Assembly (NCBI GenBank): GCA_964016885.1 | Contig: OZ024740.1 | Location: 317,316,001 to 317,380,000 of the forward strand | Direction of reading: 5' to 3' | DNA: 64,000 nt | Origin: Eledone cirrhosa | Taxonomy: Eukaryota | Part shown: piece after piece, positions 25,000 through 37,246 of the stretch | How the letters are laid out: the number at the start of each line of letters is the position of its first letter | Position numbering within the stretch: the first letter of the stretch is position 1 | Program-made: the position numbers and the translations under genes | The notes under the pieces: model-generated | What the model was told of the DNA's origin: nothing | The model's database searches: none | The model's input: the letters and a program-made list of their open reading frames with translations, nothing else

Positions 25000-25670
25000 G
25001 TGGTATGAAGAGATGATTAAATAATGTGGCAGCTAGAATTGAGTATAAAGTATCTATAGAGGGAGCCACAGATGCAAAGGATGTTGAGCTGGATTTGAGG
25101 AATGGTGTGAAGATGGAAGGTATGAAAAGGTTTTCTTACATAAGTGAGATGTTGAATGGAGAAAGTGGATCAAACTCAGAGATAGTATCTAGAATCAGAT
25201 GTTTGATGTGCTTGGAAGAAGTTCAGGGAACTGAGTGTCATGTTAATGAAGAAAGGAGTGTTGCTGAAACTAAAGGCAAAGGTGTACGCTGCATGTTTGA
25301 GAAGTGCCATGATTTATGGAAGTGAGATGGGAGATGAACATAGAGCAGTAAAGAAAGCTGGAAAGAATGGAAATGAGAAGGTCTGCTGGGTGAGTAAAGT
25401 ATCACTCAGAGAGAGAAAGACAATGAATTGCAGAGGATGATGGGAATAGAGTTAGTGATGAATGTTATGAAGAGATAGTTGGGTGATGTGTTGAGGACAA
25501 AGTGATGGAAATGAATGTGGAAGGAGGCAGAAGGGGAAGACCAATAAAGATATGTCTAAAAATGAAGAAAATGAAAGCCAGGGTTTGGTGAGAGGGGTAT
25601 GAAGATAATAGGACAAAATAAAGAAGCTTGCCACAGGGCCTGCTTTAGCAGGGAAAAAGGCCTTAAAATG
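25000..25670 (+). pseudogene. Old RTE LINE ORF fragment (post-RT region)
   Basis: FSYISEMLNGESGSNSEIVSRIRC / WKKFREL / KGVLLKLKAKVYAACLRSAMIYGSE parallels FRYLGDKISSGGGCSES...GWKKFREL...AMLHGSETW of the 31 kb copy; frameshifted. Confidence 0.8.
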
Positions 25671-26912
25671 CTTCTTTTATAGCAAGTTGAGCAACTGTGT
25701 AGAGGATTATACATGAGTTGGCAGCAATGGTATAAACAACAGATTAAATACTCAATTTTCTATATTCTGAGTTCATATCCTGTCAGTCATCTTTGTCTTT
25801 CATTCATCCTAGGATAAGACAAATATCAGTAATGTATTCATGGTCTCATAACTCCTGAGGGAATTGTTGGGGCACCATATTGACTTACTGGGTTTCTAAG
25901 GCATTTTTAAAACCTAGCAGAGCCCAGTCTTCTCCAGGTCTGAATATAGTAGACTTCTTCCAGAGAAGGATAAAGGGGGTGAGAGAATGGAAGTGAGAAA
26001 GATATATAAAAGAATCGACGTCAGTACATTTTTAATGAACTTTAATAAATGAAAGGCAAAGTTGACCTTGGCAGGATTTAAACTCAGGGAGCAGAGAGCC
26101 AAAACAAATACCACAACACATTCTATCTGTCATTCTAATGACTGCCAATTCACCACCTAATACCAGTAATAAAACGGAGTAAATTCAAAAGCTACAGTTT
26201 GTTTTTTAACTTAACCAAAAGGAATTGTTATTAAAGTTATTGCATTTTTGTGTGCAATTACCGACATGTGCAACATTTCTCTGTTCTATTATTTCAAAGC
26301 TATTTCTTTTCTATGCTAGCATTGCTTGGATGGTATTTGAAAAATGAGAATTTTGCACATTGTTGTAACAATTGCTTTTACAAATTGATGAACATTCAGC
26401 ACCAGAGAATAAACCCACAACAGTAAACAATAGCAGTACTGCAAAATTGTTGAGTGACTCCATATATTGTAGTGCTGAATTCAACACCTGGCTAAGAGAG
26501 GAATGGGTTCTGTCATGCTTATCATGTTCTCTTTAATCTATGATATGAAGATAATAAGGTTTTTCAGTGATAGCTTCATGATCCAACAGGTTATGTAACT
26601 GAACTCATCATCACCTTTTACCACTGCCAACTATGAAACAAATTTGTTGGTAGATAGAAAATTAATTGTTTCTACTTTTGGCACAAGGCCAGCAATTACC
26701 CAGTACATTACTGGTATGCCAACAGGATGTTCAAGTTCACAACACTATACTATAGTAGTAGCAAGGTTTGAATTCCTGATGTTATGGTCAGTAGTACTCC
26801 AAGCACTTTTAATCTCAGAAAAGAGATAGTACTTAATCAGGTTTTACCATTATAGAATCAATATGTTTCAAGTTGAAAAACCTTCAACTTCTGTTGTGAA
26901 TATAGCTTAGAG

Positions 26913-27216
26913 CAGAGGTTCTCAAACATTTTGGGCCACCGCCCCTCATGGTCACATAATACCTTCAGAGCCCCCACCCCTATTTCCAAAAAGACCTGCC
27001 TACACGCAAATTGTAATTAATATAATATATACTATTTATAAATAAATATTATATTTTTTTAAATTTTACTATATTTATATATATGTATCATTTGATATTT
27101 AATATACTATTATATCGTCTCTACCACCCCTCCAACACCCTCTTAGGCCCCAGCACCTCCTGGACCTTCTCAACACCCCCTGGGGGCAGTATCGCTCACT
27201 TTGAAAAGAACCTCTG
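26913..27216. mobile_element. hAT (Charlie-like) MITE
   Basis: TIR CAGAGGTTCT...AGAACCTCTG with a perfect 8-bp TSD GCTTAGAG at 26905-26912 and 27217-27224. Confidence 0.92.
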
Positions 27217-27344
27217 GCTTAGAGAAATAACAAAAAACAAATAGATTGACCCAATGGAGCTGCTTGAGACGCATTATAAACAGATAACTTCTGTAGTTCC
27301 TACTTGATCCAATGGGTTATGGTCAATTCTGCTGTAAATAATAG

Positions 27345-28976
27345 TGGGCCAGATTCAGGATCATGGCAGCTGATGAGAGTCTCAAATTTATTTTTTTTTT
27401 AATTTAGTAATATTTGAAAACTTAGTACCACTAAATTATGACTTAAAGTGTTTATTTCCTTAATAAGATTCTATGGAAAAAGCTTTCTATCATTTTGAGA
27501 AGTAAAAAAAAATGTAAATATCTGTTAATTTAATTAGACAATTTATTGAAAGTTTAAACATATTGTCAAAAATTACGTTAATGAGTTCAGTGATAGAGAA
27601 TTGTCAGAACTAAACAAGATATACTTTATGTGTCTTTTTAAAGCAAATATTATTATTCCATTGAAGTCAATTCTATTTGCAAGTTCACCCTGAACGACAG
27701 GTAGGTCATTTGCTCTTTCCTGTGTCATCATGCTCTTTATGTGAAGCACCTGATGAGCTTTTGTTTGCTGAAAGGGTTCTCAGTAAATGTTATAACTGGC
27801 AATGTATACAATATTCATAGTGTAATATATTCATTTGGAAAAATGTCACCTAGCATGTATATTTTATTATGTTTAAAATTTAATTATGTTTAAAATTTAA
27901 AATTTCTCTTGCATGTATTCTTAGAGTATTTGTCCAACAATCTCATGCATGCATGTTTGAGTATCTCTTATCATGCTTCGACATTACCACAGAAAATGCA
28001 GAACAATCTATTAATTGTGTCTGCTGCATCAAACTGCTTTGACAATACAGAAATAAGATATCTTGTTTAAATTCAAATTCAGAGAGATCATATGAGCCAA
28101 CATGATTTTCTCACATGTTCTTTTCTGATTCTTCATGACAATAAGTCTTGCTCTCTATTTTTTTTAAATTTCTGTTTTGATGGGAGATGGGGCTCAATTT
28201 AGCAACAAGTTTTGCTTCATTTAAAATCTGTAACTATTTCCCACATAAATCTTCAAGACCATACATGTATAGCTCTAGATTTGAGACCTCTACATCCACT
28301 GTGTAACCTCTCTTGCCTGAATGATCAAATTTCTCCTGTTCATCTGTATTTGGATCTCCAATTGTAACCTTTTGATGTTTCTATTAATAAGACTTCCACG
28401 AAAGAAAAATGGAAGAGCTGGATACAGCAAAAAAGTTTTACTAAGAACACTACTGGGCAAAGGCAAAATGCTTTTTGTTCCTGTTCTGTTGGCGTTAGGA
28501 AATGCATCCAGCCCGTCCTATCCATGCTAGCATGGAAAATGGACATTAAACAAATGATGATGATGATGATGATAATGTAAAAAATTCATGGAAAAAAGTG
28601 AGAAGTGATTAATGATAAAAGGCATTTTAAAATTTTGTACCAGTAACACAAATGATGGTACCAAAGATGACATTCTCTTTGAAAACAATACGCATCCTGT
28701 GATGAACTTTCAGATTCTTATCCAAGCAATTGTGAAAGCAATGATGATAATGTAGATTTTGAAGCTAACTCAATACACCTTTTTATGCCTTCAATATATT
28801 TTTTTTATTTCAATGTTTTGAACTCTTTTGCATCAGCAACAATATTATTTTTAAAGTCAGGTTAAATAAAATCTTCAAACAATTTTTTTTAAAAACTACT
28901 ATAACTACTATAACCTTTTTCCTAACCTTCACCATCAAAATAAAGGTGTATCTTATATCTAAAAAGATCCAGTCTG
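27345..28976 (-). mobile_element. Decayed hAT transposon (transposase dimerisation-domain remnant at ~27640-27855)
   Basis: Minus strand IFPNEYITL*ILYTLPV...FSKQKLIR / SMMTQERANDL...ELANRIDFNGII resembles the hAT C-terminal FPN..LPV..ERSFSKLKLIK..MxQERL motif. Ends are tentative (GGGCCAGATTC / GATCCAGTCTG). Confidence 0.6.
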
Positions 28977-29070
28977 TATATGCATATATATATATATATT
29001 TATACACACTTATACACACCCATGAGTATATATATAGATATATTCACACACACACACACTTAATGGTTAA

Positions 29071-29984
29071 TCTATATATATAAAACTGAGGATGTCTGTC
29101 TGTGTGTAAGTTTGAATCCCTAAAACTCGAGAACCACCCAACCGACTGTTTTCAAACTTTACACATGTAATACTTATGTTTCAGGAAGTGTTCTGAGCAA
29201 AAACGATTTCAAATTTTCAGTGCCCTAGGGACCGCATTAGGCGATTTAGCGATCTCTCTCTATAATTCTTAGTCTTTCTCTTTTTAGATAGATACATACA
29301 TATAACGTTGCACCCTTATAATATCTGTCTGTATGTCTGGCTGTCTGCATTACGTCACTTCCCTGAGGATGTCTGTGTGTGTGTCTGTGTGTTTGATTCC
29401 CTAAAACTTGAGAAGTACCCAACCGACTTTTTTCAAACTTTACATGTGTATTACTTGTTTCAGGGAGTGTTATGCACATAAAAAATTCAACTTTTTGATG
29501 CCCTAGGCCCCGCATTAGTTGAAAAAGTGCGTTTTTTTAGGATTTTAGGGGTTTTTTGAGTCGTTACGTCAGACTGATTTCCTTGAAATTGTAACTATGT
29601 ATTAGTCAGTCTCTTCTCCATACTGTGAGCAAAGAAAATCCAACTTTTTTATGGCCTAGGGCCCGCAATAGGTGAAAAACTTCATTTTTTCAGCTTTTTA
29701 TGGCTTTTATGAAGCGTTACGTCTAGCCGATTTTTCCGAAATTTCAAGGCATATTATGCACATTAAAAAAATTCATTTTCTTGATACCCTAGGGCCCACA
29801 TTAGGTGAAAACCATCATTTTTCCTGCTTCATCGAGGAAAATCTTAAATATTATCCAGCCATCAGAGTATTCGGTTTATTTTCTTTACATATTGTCCATG
29901 CATGCAGTTTTTCCACGATTAGGCCTGTTGGCGGCCGGCGTTCCAAAATACCTTATCCCGTGCTACGCCGGGTGCCACTGCTAG
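29071..29984 (+). mobile_element. Non-autonomous Helitron
   Basis: A|TCTATATATATAAAA 5' end; subterminal hairpin CCCGTGC-TAC-GCCGGG (29957-29972), then CTAG|T; no TSD; internal repeats. Confidence 0.88.
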
Positions 29985-30315
29985 TATTTTTATATATACG
30001 AAATATGTCAAAAATAAAGAGAGAGAGAGAATAGAGACCACAGCTTGTGTGTTCAGCAAGCCTTTTCAAGGGCTTAAGAATTTTTGCATTACCTGACATA
30101 GCAGTACTGTGGTCAAATTTGGCATAGTGGTAAGCTGGGCTCAGGGAGAAGATGGGAGAGGAAGGGAAAAAAGTTGGGGCAGAGAATGGTAAGTGTATCT
30201 AAGCAAGCTAGTTTATGTATATTGGATTGTCAAGTATGAAATTTGTAGAAATTTGTTTTTATTCTACAAATTTCATACTTGATGACCCAATATACATCAA
30301 AGCGAAACCTAGTTA

Positions 30316-30692
30316 CTAGGCACCTCTTAACCAAATATACACCCCAACCCACTACCCCTACTCCATCCTCCCACTCCCACCAACACCACCCCTTTCTCTG
30401 TAAAGTTATGTTGGTACCACAACTTCCAGTCTAAACAAATGAGGTCGTGTAGGTGTCGCGACAAAAAAACACACAGTCCACGCTGTAATGTGGCCGTGTA
30501 GGTAACACGGTAAAAACCTCCCAGTACACACTGTAAACGTGGTTGGTGTTAGGAAGGGAATCCAGCCGTAGAAAACCTGCCAGATAGTCCTGACAAGCGA
30601 GACACGGTCACCTGACCAATGTTGCCTCAAGGGGGACAACTCAAATCCAACCCATGCTAGCGTGGAAGATAGATGTTAAACAATGATGGTGA
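30316..30692 (+). mobile_element. RTE LINE 3' UTR fragment with (TGA)n tail
   Basis: Matches 1087-1279 and the reverse complement of 30701-31065. Confidence 0.88.
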
Positions 30693-30700
30693 TATATATA

Positions 30701-32551
30701 TCATCATCATCATCGTTTAACGTCCATCTTCCACGCTTGCATGGGTTTGGACGGGAGGTTTCCCACTTGAGGCAAGATTTGTTGTCCTGTGCTCGTATAG
30801 GACTGTCTGGCGGGTTTTCTACGGCTGGATGCCCTTCCTAACACCAACCACGTTTACAGTGTGGACTGGGAGGTTTTTACCATGTTAGCTACACGGCCAC
30901 ATTACAGCGTGGACTGTGTGTTTTTTTGTCGTGACACCTACACGACCTCATTTGTTTCAGACTGGATGTTGTGGTACCAACATAACTTCACATTTAATGG
31001 GGGTAGTGTGGATGGGGTGTGGGTAGTGGGATGGGGGGGGGGGGGGTATTTTGTAAGAGGTGCCCACTGACTGTAGGTTTAGCTTTGTACTTATGCAAGG
31101 TGGGTCTTCTGTATGACTGTGTAGCGCCAAAGATCTCGGTCCAGTGACATTGTCTTGGAGAGGTGTAAGTGTGTGAGGTCGGAATTTATCAAGTCGTCCC
31201 AGGTTTTTCTGGGTCTGCCTACTCCGTGGCTACCGTCTATTTTTATCGCCCTGCACTTTTTTATACAGCTGTCGTCTTTCATGCGCATCACGTGACTACC
31301 AACGTAGTCTTCTCTCGAGTAAACAACATCTGATCCCTCTTATTCCTAATTTCTCCCTTAGTTCGTTTATGCTTTGCCATTCACGTATATTACTATTACA
31401 CATCCAGCGGAGCATGCAAGCTTCGTTTCTCTCCAGTCTGCGTATATCCTCTGCACACAATGTCCAGGTCTCACTGCCATGTAACATTGCTAATCGTATG
31501 CAGGCATTATACAGCCTGCCTTTCATTTTTAGAGAGAACCCTTTAGCGGCCAATAGTGGTATAAGCTCTCTGAACTTTTTCCATCCCGTTTTGACTCTAG
31601 CTACTGTACTTTCAGAGCACCCTCCCCCACTGCTGATTTTGTCACCCAGGTAACGGAAGGTGTCCACTATTTCTCTAGAACCATCTGTGCAATGGAATGA
31701 GCTAGTATTTTGTGGGCACTTGCTGCTACTTATTGCACCAGAGCACCGGCCACATATAAAATCTATGTTCTTAGTTAGCTTACCTGTGATCCCACTACAT
31801 CTTTTATGCACCCATACTTTGCATTTGGGACATAAAATGGAGTTTCTGCCTACTCCTTTCCTACACACTGAGCATGGCCATTTCCCAGATGGGACCGGTG
31901 CCCTATTTTCCTTCCTACAAACTAGAACTTTAGTCTTAGACAAGTTAACTTTAAGGCCTTTTGATTCTAGGCCATGCTTCCATGTTTGGAATTTTTTCTC
32001 TAGTTCAGCCATTGATTCAGCTATGAGTGTTAGATCATCTGCATATAGGAGTTCCCATGGGCAGCCAGTCTTGAACTCCTCTGTTATAGCCTGAAGGGCA
32101 ATAATAAATAGTAGGGGGCTAAGAACGGAGCCCTGATGAACACCAACTTTTACGCTAAACTCTTCACTATATTCGTTGTTAATTCTAACCTTGCTGACTG
32201 TTTCTTTATACATGGCTTGTATAGTTCTCACAAGCCAATCAACACCTAGTTTTCTAAGCGCCCAGCAGATAATGGAGCGGGGGACTCTGTCAAAAGCTTT
32301 CTCCAAGTCAACAAAAGCTAAGTATATGGGTTTACTTTTAGCTAGGTACTTCTCTTGTAGTTGTCGTACAATGAAAAGAGCGTCTGTGGTACTTTTACCT
32401 GACACAAACCTGAACTGCATTTCATCTAGATCAATTCGTTCTCTGATTAGTTGCGCTATTACTTTTTCTGTGACCTTCATGACCTGGTCGATTAATTTAA
32501 TGCCTCTATAGTTACCTCTATCAAGAGCATCTCCTTTACCCTTGTAGCAGT
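30701..32551 (-). mobile_element. 5'-truncated RTE LINE (~1.85 kb)
   Basis: RT ORF, C-terminus, 3' UTR and GGACGTTAAACGATGATGATG tail; the 5' end abuts (TA)n. Confidence 0.95.
31091..32551 (-). pseudogene. RTE reverse transcriptase ORF (truncated; 2-bp deletion near 31298)
   Basis: NYRGIKL, FVDLEKAFDRV, GVHQGSVLSPLLF, LLYADDL, GLKVNLSKTK, FRYLGD motifs; CACGTGACTACC here versus CACGTGACCATACC at 1802 shows the frameshift. Confidence 0.95.
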
Positions 32552-32924
32552 TTATATATATATATATATACATATGCTGTGTGTAACATTTTTTTTACAA
32601 TAGGTACAATGTATTCTGCTTGTAATAAGGGGCAACTAAAAGTGTTGGGGTCAGGAAGGGCGTCTTAAAATATTGTCTTTGAACATCCCATCCAACCCAT
32701 GCCAGCTTTGAGAAATGCAAGCAGGGAAAAGCGGACGTATGATGATGATGATATATATATATATATATATATATTCATAAAGTGTACCAGGTAGAATGTA
32801 GGAACACATGGAAGGAATATGTAAGAGCCCCAGACTGCGTCAGTAGCTCTGCTTGAGTACTGATTTGGTCTTTGAAAACCCTTCCAACCCTTGTTATATG
32901 GATGTTAAATGATGATGCTGAATG

Positions 32925-33900
32925 TGTGTATGTATGTGAGTAAAGCAAGTATGCAAGTAAGTATATATGCATGCAAGCATACATGTATGTATGCATGCAT
33001 GTAAGTATGTATGTATGTATGTATATAAGTATGTATGTATATAAGTATGTATGTACATATATATGTATGCATGCATGTAAGTATGTACTTATGTATACAT
33101 GTATGTATGTAAGTATGTATGTATGTATGCACGGGAGAGATGACCCCTTAGCCTTTGTCAAGGCAGAATTCTAGGAGAAGGAAAACTCTGATATAACACC
33201 TGCAACCCTGATGGTATCCAATGATGTTGACTTGTTCTTCTTTTTGGTAAATATCATCTTGGTTAAGAGAGTGGGACTGGCTTTGTGCAGTGCCTTTGCT
33301 CACTATAAAAGCTTCACGGCACAGGCATTGCTTTATATCTGGAGATCTCTCTGCGCTTGTCGTCACATGGTGCCATGGGCCCAGCACTATGTGTCAGTAA
33401 TTGTCACAAGTGTGGTGTTTGTGCCAGAGTTTTCAAGTCGCTGGCTGGACTAAAAAGTCACACTCGTTCAGCGCATCGGTAGGGGTTCTCCTACATGGAT
33501 ATAAAGTAGTGGCCGTACTCGAAAACGAGTTGGCAGCCACCATGTATGCATGTATGTAAGTATGCATGTATATATTATGTATGTACATATGCATGTATGT
33601 ATATATATGTATGTATGCAAGAAAGTATGCATGCATGTATGCATATAAAAAAGTATGTATGTATACATGCATGTAAGAAAGTATGCATGCATGCATGTAT
33701 ATATGTATATGTATGTAAGCATGCATGTAATAAAGTATGTATATATGCATATATGTATGATGTAAGAAAGTATGTGTGCATGTATGTATACATGCATATA
33801 AGAAAGTATGTATGCATGTATGTATGTAATAAAGTATGTATATATGCATATATGTATGACATAAGAAAGTATATATGTATGCATGTAAGAGAGTATATAT
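32925..33900. repeat. Degenerate (ATGT)n/(ATGC)n microsatellite split by insertions
   Basis: Direct reading at 32925-33130 and 33542-33900. Confidence 0.9.
33260..33545 (+). mobile_element. 3' end of a second RTE-like LINE with C-terminal C2H2 finger
   Basis: WRSLC, then in another frame HKCGVCARVFKSLAGLKSHTRSAHR* (33405-33482), a short UTR with hairpin ACTCG-AAAA-CGAGT, and an (ATGT)n tail. Confidence 0.7.
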
Positions 33901-34089
33901 GTAAGAGTATTAGAGAGAGAGAGGGAGACATAAAGTGATATATAAAGGCAAAAGGCTAGACAGAATACAAAATAGGGGGTAGATATGATAACCAGCAAAA
34001 ATGTTGGAAGGGCTGAAAAAAGAGAGAACTTATCAGCAGATAGCTGTTGATGTTGTAGTTGTAGTGATAGACATAGCTCACTTTCTCAC

Positions 34090-34755
34090 ATACATGCATA
34101 CATATACACACACACACATTCACTACCTCACACACACACACATTCACTACATAACACACATATACACTGACACACACACACATACACACATTCACTATAT
34201 AACACACACATACACTGACACACACACACATTCACTACATAACACTCACATTCACTACATAACACACACACTACATAACACACATACACTACATAACACA
34301 CATTTACACTACATAACACACACATACACTACCTCACACACACATACACTACCTCACATACACATTCACTACCTCACATACACACACACACACACATTCA
34401 GTACCTCACACACACATTAACTATCTCAGACATACAGACTACCACAAAAACACACACTACCTCTCATAGACATACACACACTACCTCTCAGACATACACA
34501 CACTACCTCTCACAAATATACATTCACCACCTCACACCTACAAACACTCACTACACACACGCAAACATACTACCTCACTCACACACATATCCTCATCACC
34601 ACACTACCACACACTCACTACCTCATACACACACACACACACACTCACTCACTACCCCATACACACACACACACTACCTCACACATACTCACTCACTCAC
34701 TACCTACACACAATCCACATACACACACAACTACCACGCATACATACACACTCAC
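34090..34755. repeat. CA-rich degenerate minisatellite (ACACATTCACTAC-like)
   Basis: Direct reading. Confidence 0.9.
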
Positions 34756-34899
34756 TTCTATCATTGTTATAAGACTGGCAGCACATAACTTTCATATTTC
34801 AGTGAGTGCCATCACCTTATTGAGCTAGATTTTGGCAACATGGTTAGGTTTGTTGCAGCTACTCCTATTCCTTCACCTACCAGCAGCTACTCCCTCAAC

Positions 34900-35125
34900 T
34901 AGAAAGAATCGCTGGCCAGATTTTATGGACAAAACCAACCAGCTTGAGACCCAGGGGTAGACAGTGAGCAAGATGATTGGATAACATCCATGAGCTTGGC
35001 TGGTCATGCTTGGGGATCCAGTCAGATCAGTTGGAGATGGTTGTTTCTAATAGGACCCACTGGAAGGAGTGTTTGAGGACTCTGCCCCCACAACCCTCTC
35101 AAAAATATGTGGGCGAAGAAGGAAA
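34900..35125 (+). mobile_element. RTE (Rex3/Expander-like) C-terminal fragment
   Basis: Remnant RPRGRQ...LDNIHELGWSCLGIQSDQLEMVVSNRTHWKECLRTLPPQPS with stops. Confidence 0.6.
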
Positions 35126-35379
35126 TATATATATATGTATATATGTATAAAAAAGAAAGAAAGTGTGGTAAGGAACCAGGTGGACCATAACACACCAGAG
35201 AACTTGATACCTAGGGTAGTAGAGTAGGTAATAGGAAAAGAGTCAGGATGCCGATGGCCGGAGCTCAGTTGTCGGGGTCCTGACTATTTTCCTATATATA
35301 TATATATATATATATATTTAGTCTAACCCATGCTAGCATGGAAGAGAGACATTAAACAATGATGATGATGATGATATAT

Positions 35380-35414
<35 letters not shown>

Positions 35415-35828
35415 CTATAAAGTAAAGTATGTCCATAGAATCATTTGATAATATATATACGTCATTTTTTTCTCTCAATTAGCATAATTAACCACACAAA
35501 AAATCAATTAGACCAGGCTATAAGATTAAAAGGCACCTATGAAGAAACAGTAAATAAATAAACGAAAGCAGCGTCTTCGCGGCCAACAGCTATAGAATAT
35601 TTACCCAACATTTCAACAGCACGTGGAAATTAATTAAATATACGGTCAACCATACACAATTAGGTATAAAATTAAAGTTAGAAATGCATATATACATACT
35701 ACTCTACACTAATATGCATCCACTCATTTATTTTATGCATGTGTTTATACAGATAGATATAGATATATATATATACACACACATATGCACAAATGAGTGT
35801 TGTGTGTGTTTATATATATATATATATA

Positions 35829-35935
35829 ATGCTGAAAACACTGGTTCTCGTCCTATGACCGAAGTTAAGCAACTTCGAGCCTAGTTAGTACTTTGATAGG
35901 TGATCGTTTGTGAAACCTAGGTGTTGTAAGCATTT
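35829..35935 (+). pseudogene. 5S rRNA pseudogene, 5'-truncated
   Basis: GCTGAAAACACTGGTTCTCGTCCTATGACCGAAGTTAAGC...GTTAGTACTTTGATAGGTGATCG...GGTGTTGTAAGC matches invertebrate 5S from about nt 16; box A intact, box C mutated; T-run downstream. Confidence 0.92.
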
Positions 35936-36033
35936 CCTTTTTTGTCTAACTCATGCTCCATCATCTAAACCATGGAAAAATGGACGTTAAATGATGATAA
36001 TGATGATGATATATATATATATATATATATATA

Positions 36034-36376
36034 TCATCATCATCATCATTTTACGTCTGCTTTTCCCTGCTTGCAAAGGTGGGACGGGAACTGATTCTGG
36101 CTTGATTTCTACAGCTGGATGCCCTTCCTAATACCAACCTCATTTACAGTGAGTGCTGGGTGCTTTTTTTCCGTGGCGCCTACACGTCCACTTTACAGTG
36201 TGGGCTGGGTGCTTTTTTGTCGTGGCACCTCCACGACCACTTTGCAGTGGAATGATAGGGACTCCAGCTGAGTAAACTGGAGCAATGTGAAAATAAAGTG
36301 TCTTGCTCAAGGAAACAACATCACCTGGTCTGAGAATTGAACTCACAACCTTTCGATTGCAAGGCCAATTCTCTAA
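36034..36376 (-). mobile_element. Family B SINE
   Basis: Close reverse complement of 21650-22015. Confidence 0.88.
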
Positions 36377-36489
36377 TATTTATATAGATATTTCCATAAC
36401 AGCAAACTATAATCTTGTCAACTAGAAAACAAGCTACAAGCAGTCAATGTAATTGATAAATTCGATTGTAAAAGCAAAAGTTAGAAACT

Positions 36490-36635
36490 GCATAAATGAC
36501 AAACAAGTTGAAAGGAAAACTGGGTATGAGAAGAATCAGATGTACTTTACAGGAGCTTATGCTGGTATGGACATGTGATGTATATAGAAGACAGCAACTG
36601 TATAAAGAAATGCAAGGCAGTCAAAGTAGATGAAA
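36490..36635 (+). mobile_element. Short RTE ORF fragment
   Basis: WYGHVMYIEDSNCIKKCKAVKVD, similar to [23 protein letters not shown]. Confidence 0.7.
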
Positions 36636-37057
36636 ACCTTATTTCAGAAATTTCTGTTAAGGAATGTTCTAAATATAAACTTAATAGTGAAAATTTTAGT
36701 TTATCATATTAAAGTGGTAGTGCTGGTGCCATGATAAAAATCCTGTGAAGAAAAAGTGGCTGAACCTGCTCAAAGAATCAGGTTTAATTTACATACAACC
36801 AAGACAAAATAGTTTAACTTAGAAATCTAGTGAACCCCTGCTTTAAAATTCATACAATATATATATATGAATGTGTATGATGTGTCAGAATGAATATATT
36901 TGTACCAATTATATAGCTATACACAAACAAACATAAAACAAATAATTTAACTTCAAATAAAAGGAAGGGAATCCAGGTATTATTTTTTTTTGATTTTCAA
37001 AATTATTTTCAAGTTCACAAAACCCTCCAAAAAGAGAAAATAAAAACAATCAAGTAT

Positions 37058-37091
<34 letters not shown>

Positions 37092-37203
37092 AGTAGAACA
37101 CTGTAGGGTAATATCCGTAGTAGTAGAGCACTCAGTCCATGGGACGAGTTTAGTAGAAGTAGTTCTACAACAGTTAGTTCACTATACTGAGAACAAATGT
37201 TTC

Positions 37204-37246
37204 ACCTAGCTGAAGATCCGCATAAGGTGAAACATTTGTTCTTGGT
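37204..37246 (+). ncRNA. Minimal type I hammerhead-like motif within an inverted-repeat module (37089-37265)
   Basis: ACCTAG-CTGAAGA-TCC-GCATAA-GGT-GAAA-C-ATTT-G-TT-CTTGGT; arms 37167-37207 and 37225-37265. Confidence 0.6.

Noticed and set aside
26300-26520. Short hydrophobic reading frame on the minus strand
   Set aside because: No recognisable domain or convincing splice sites.
27744-27786. CTGATGA...GAAA..TC hammerhead-like string
   Set aside because: Stem I strands do not pair, and it lies within the antisense of the hAT transposase remnant; likely chance.
31369-32511. Plus-strand ORFs of 94-144 aa
   Set aside because: Antisense shadows of the RTE RT ORF.
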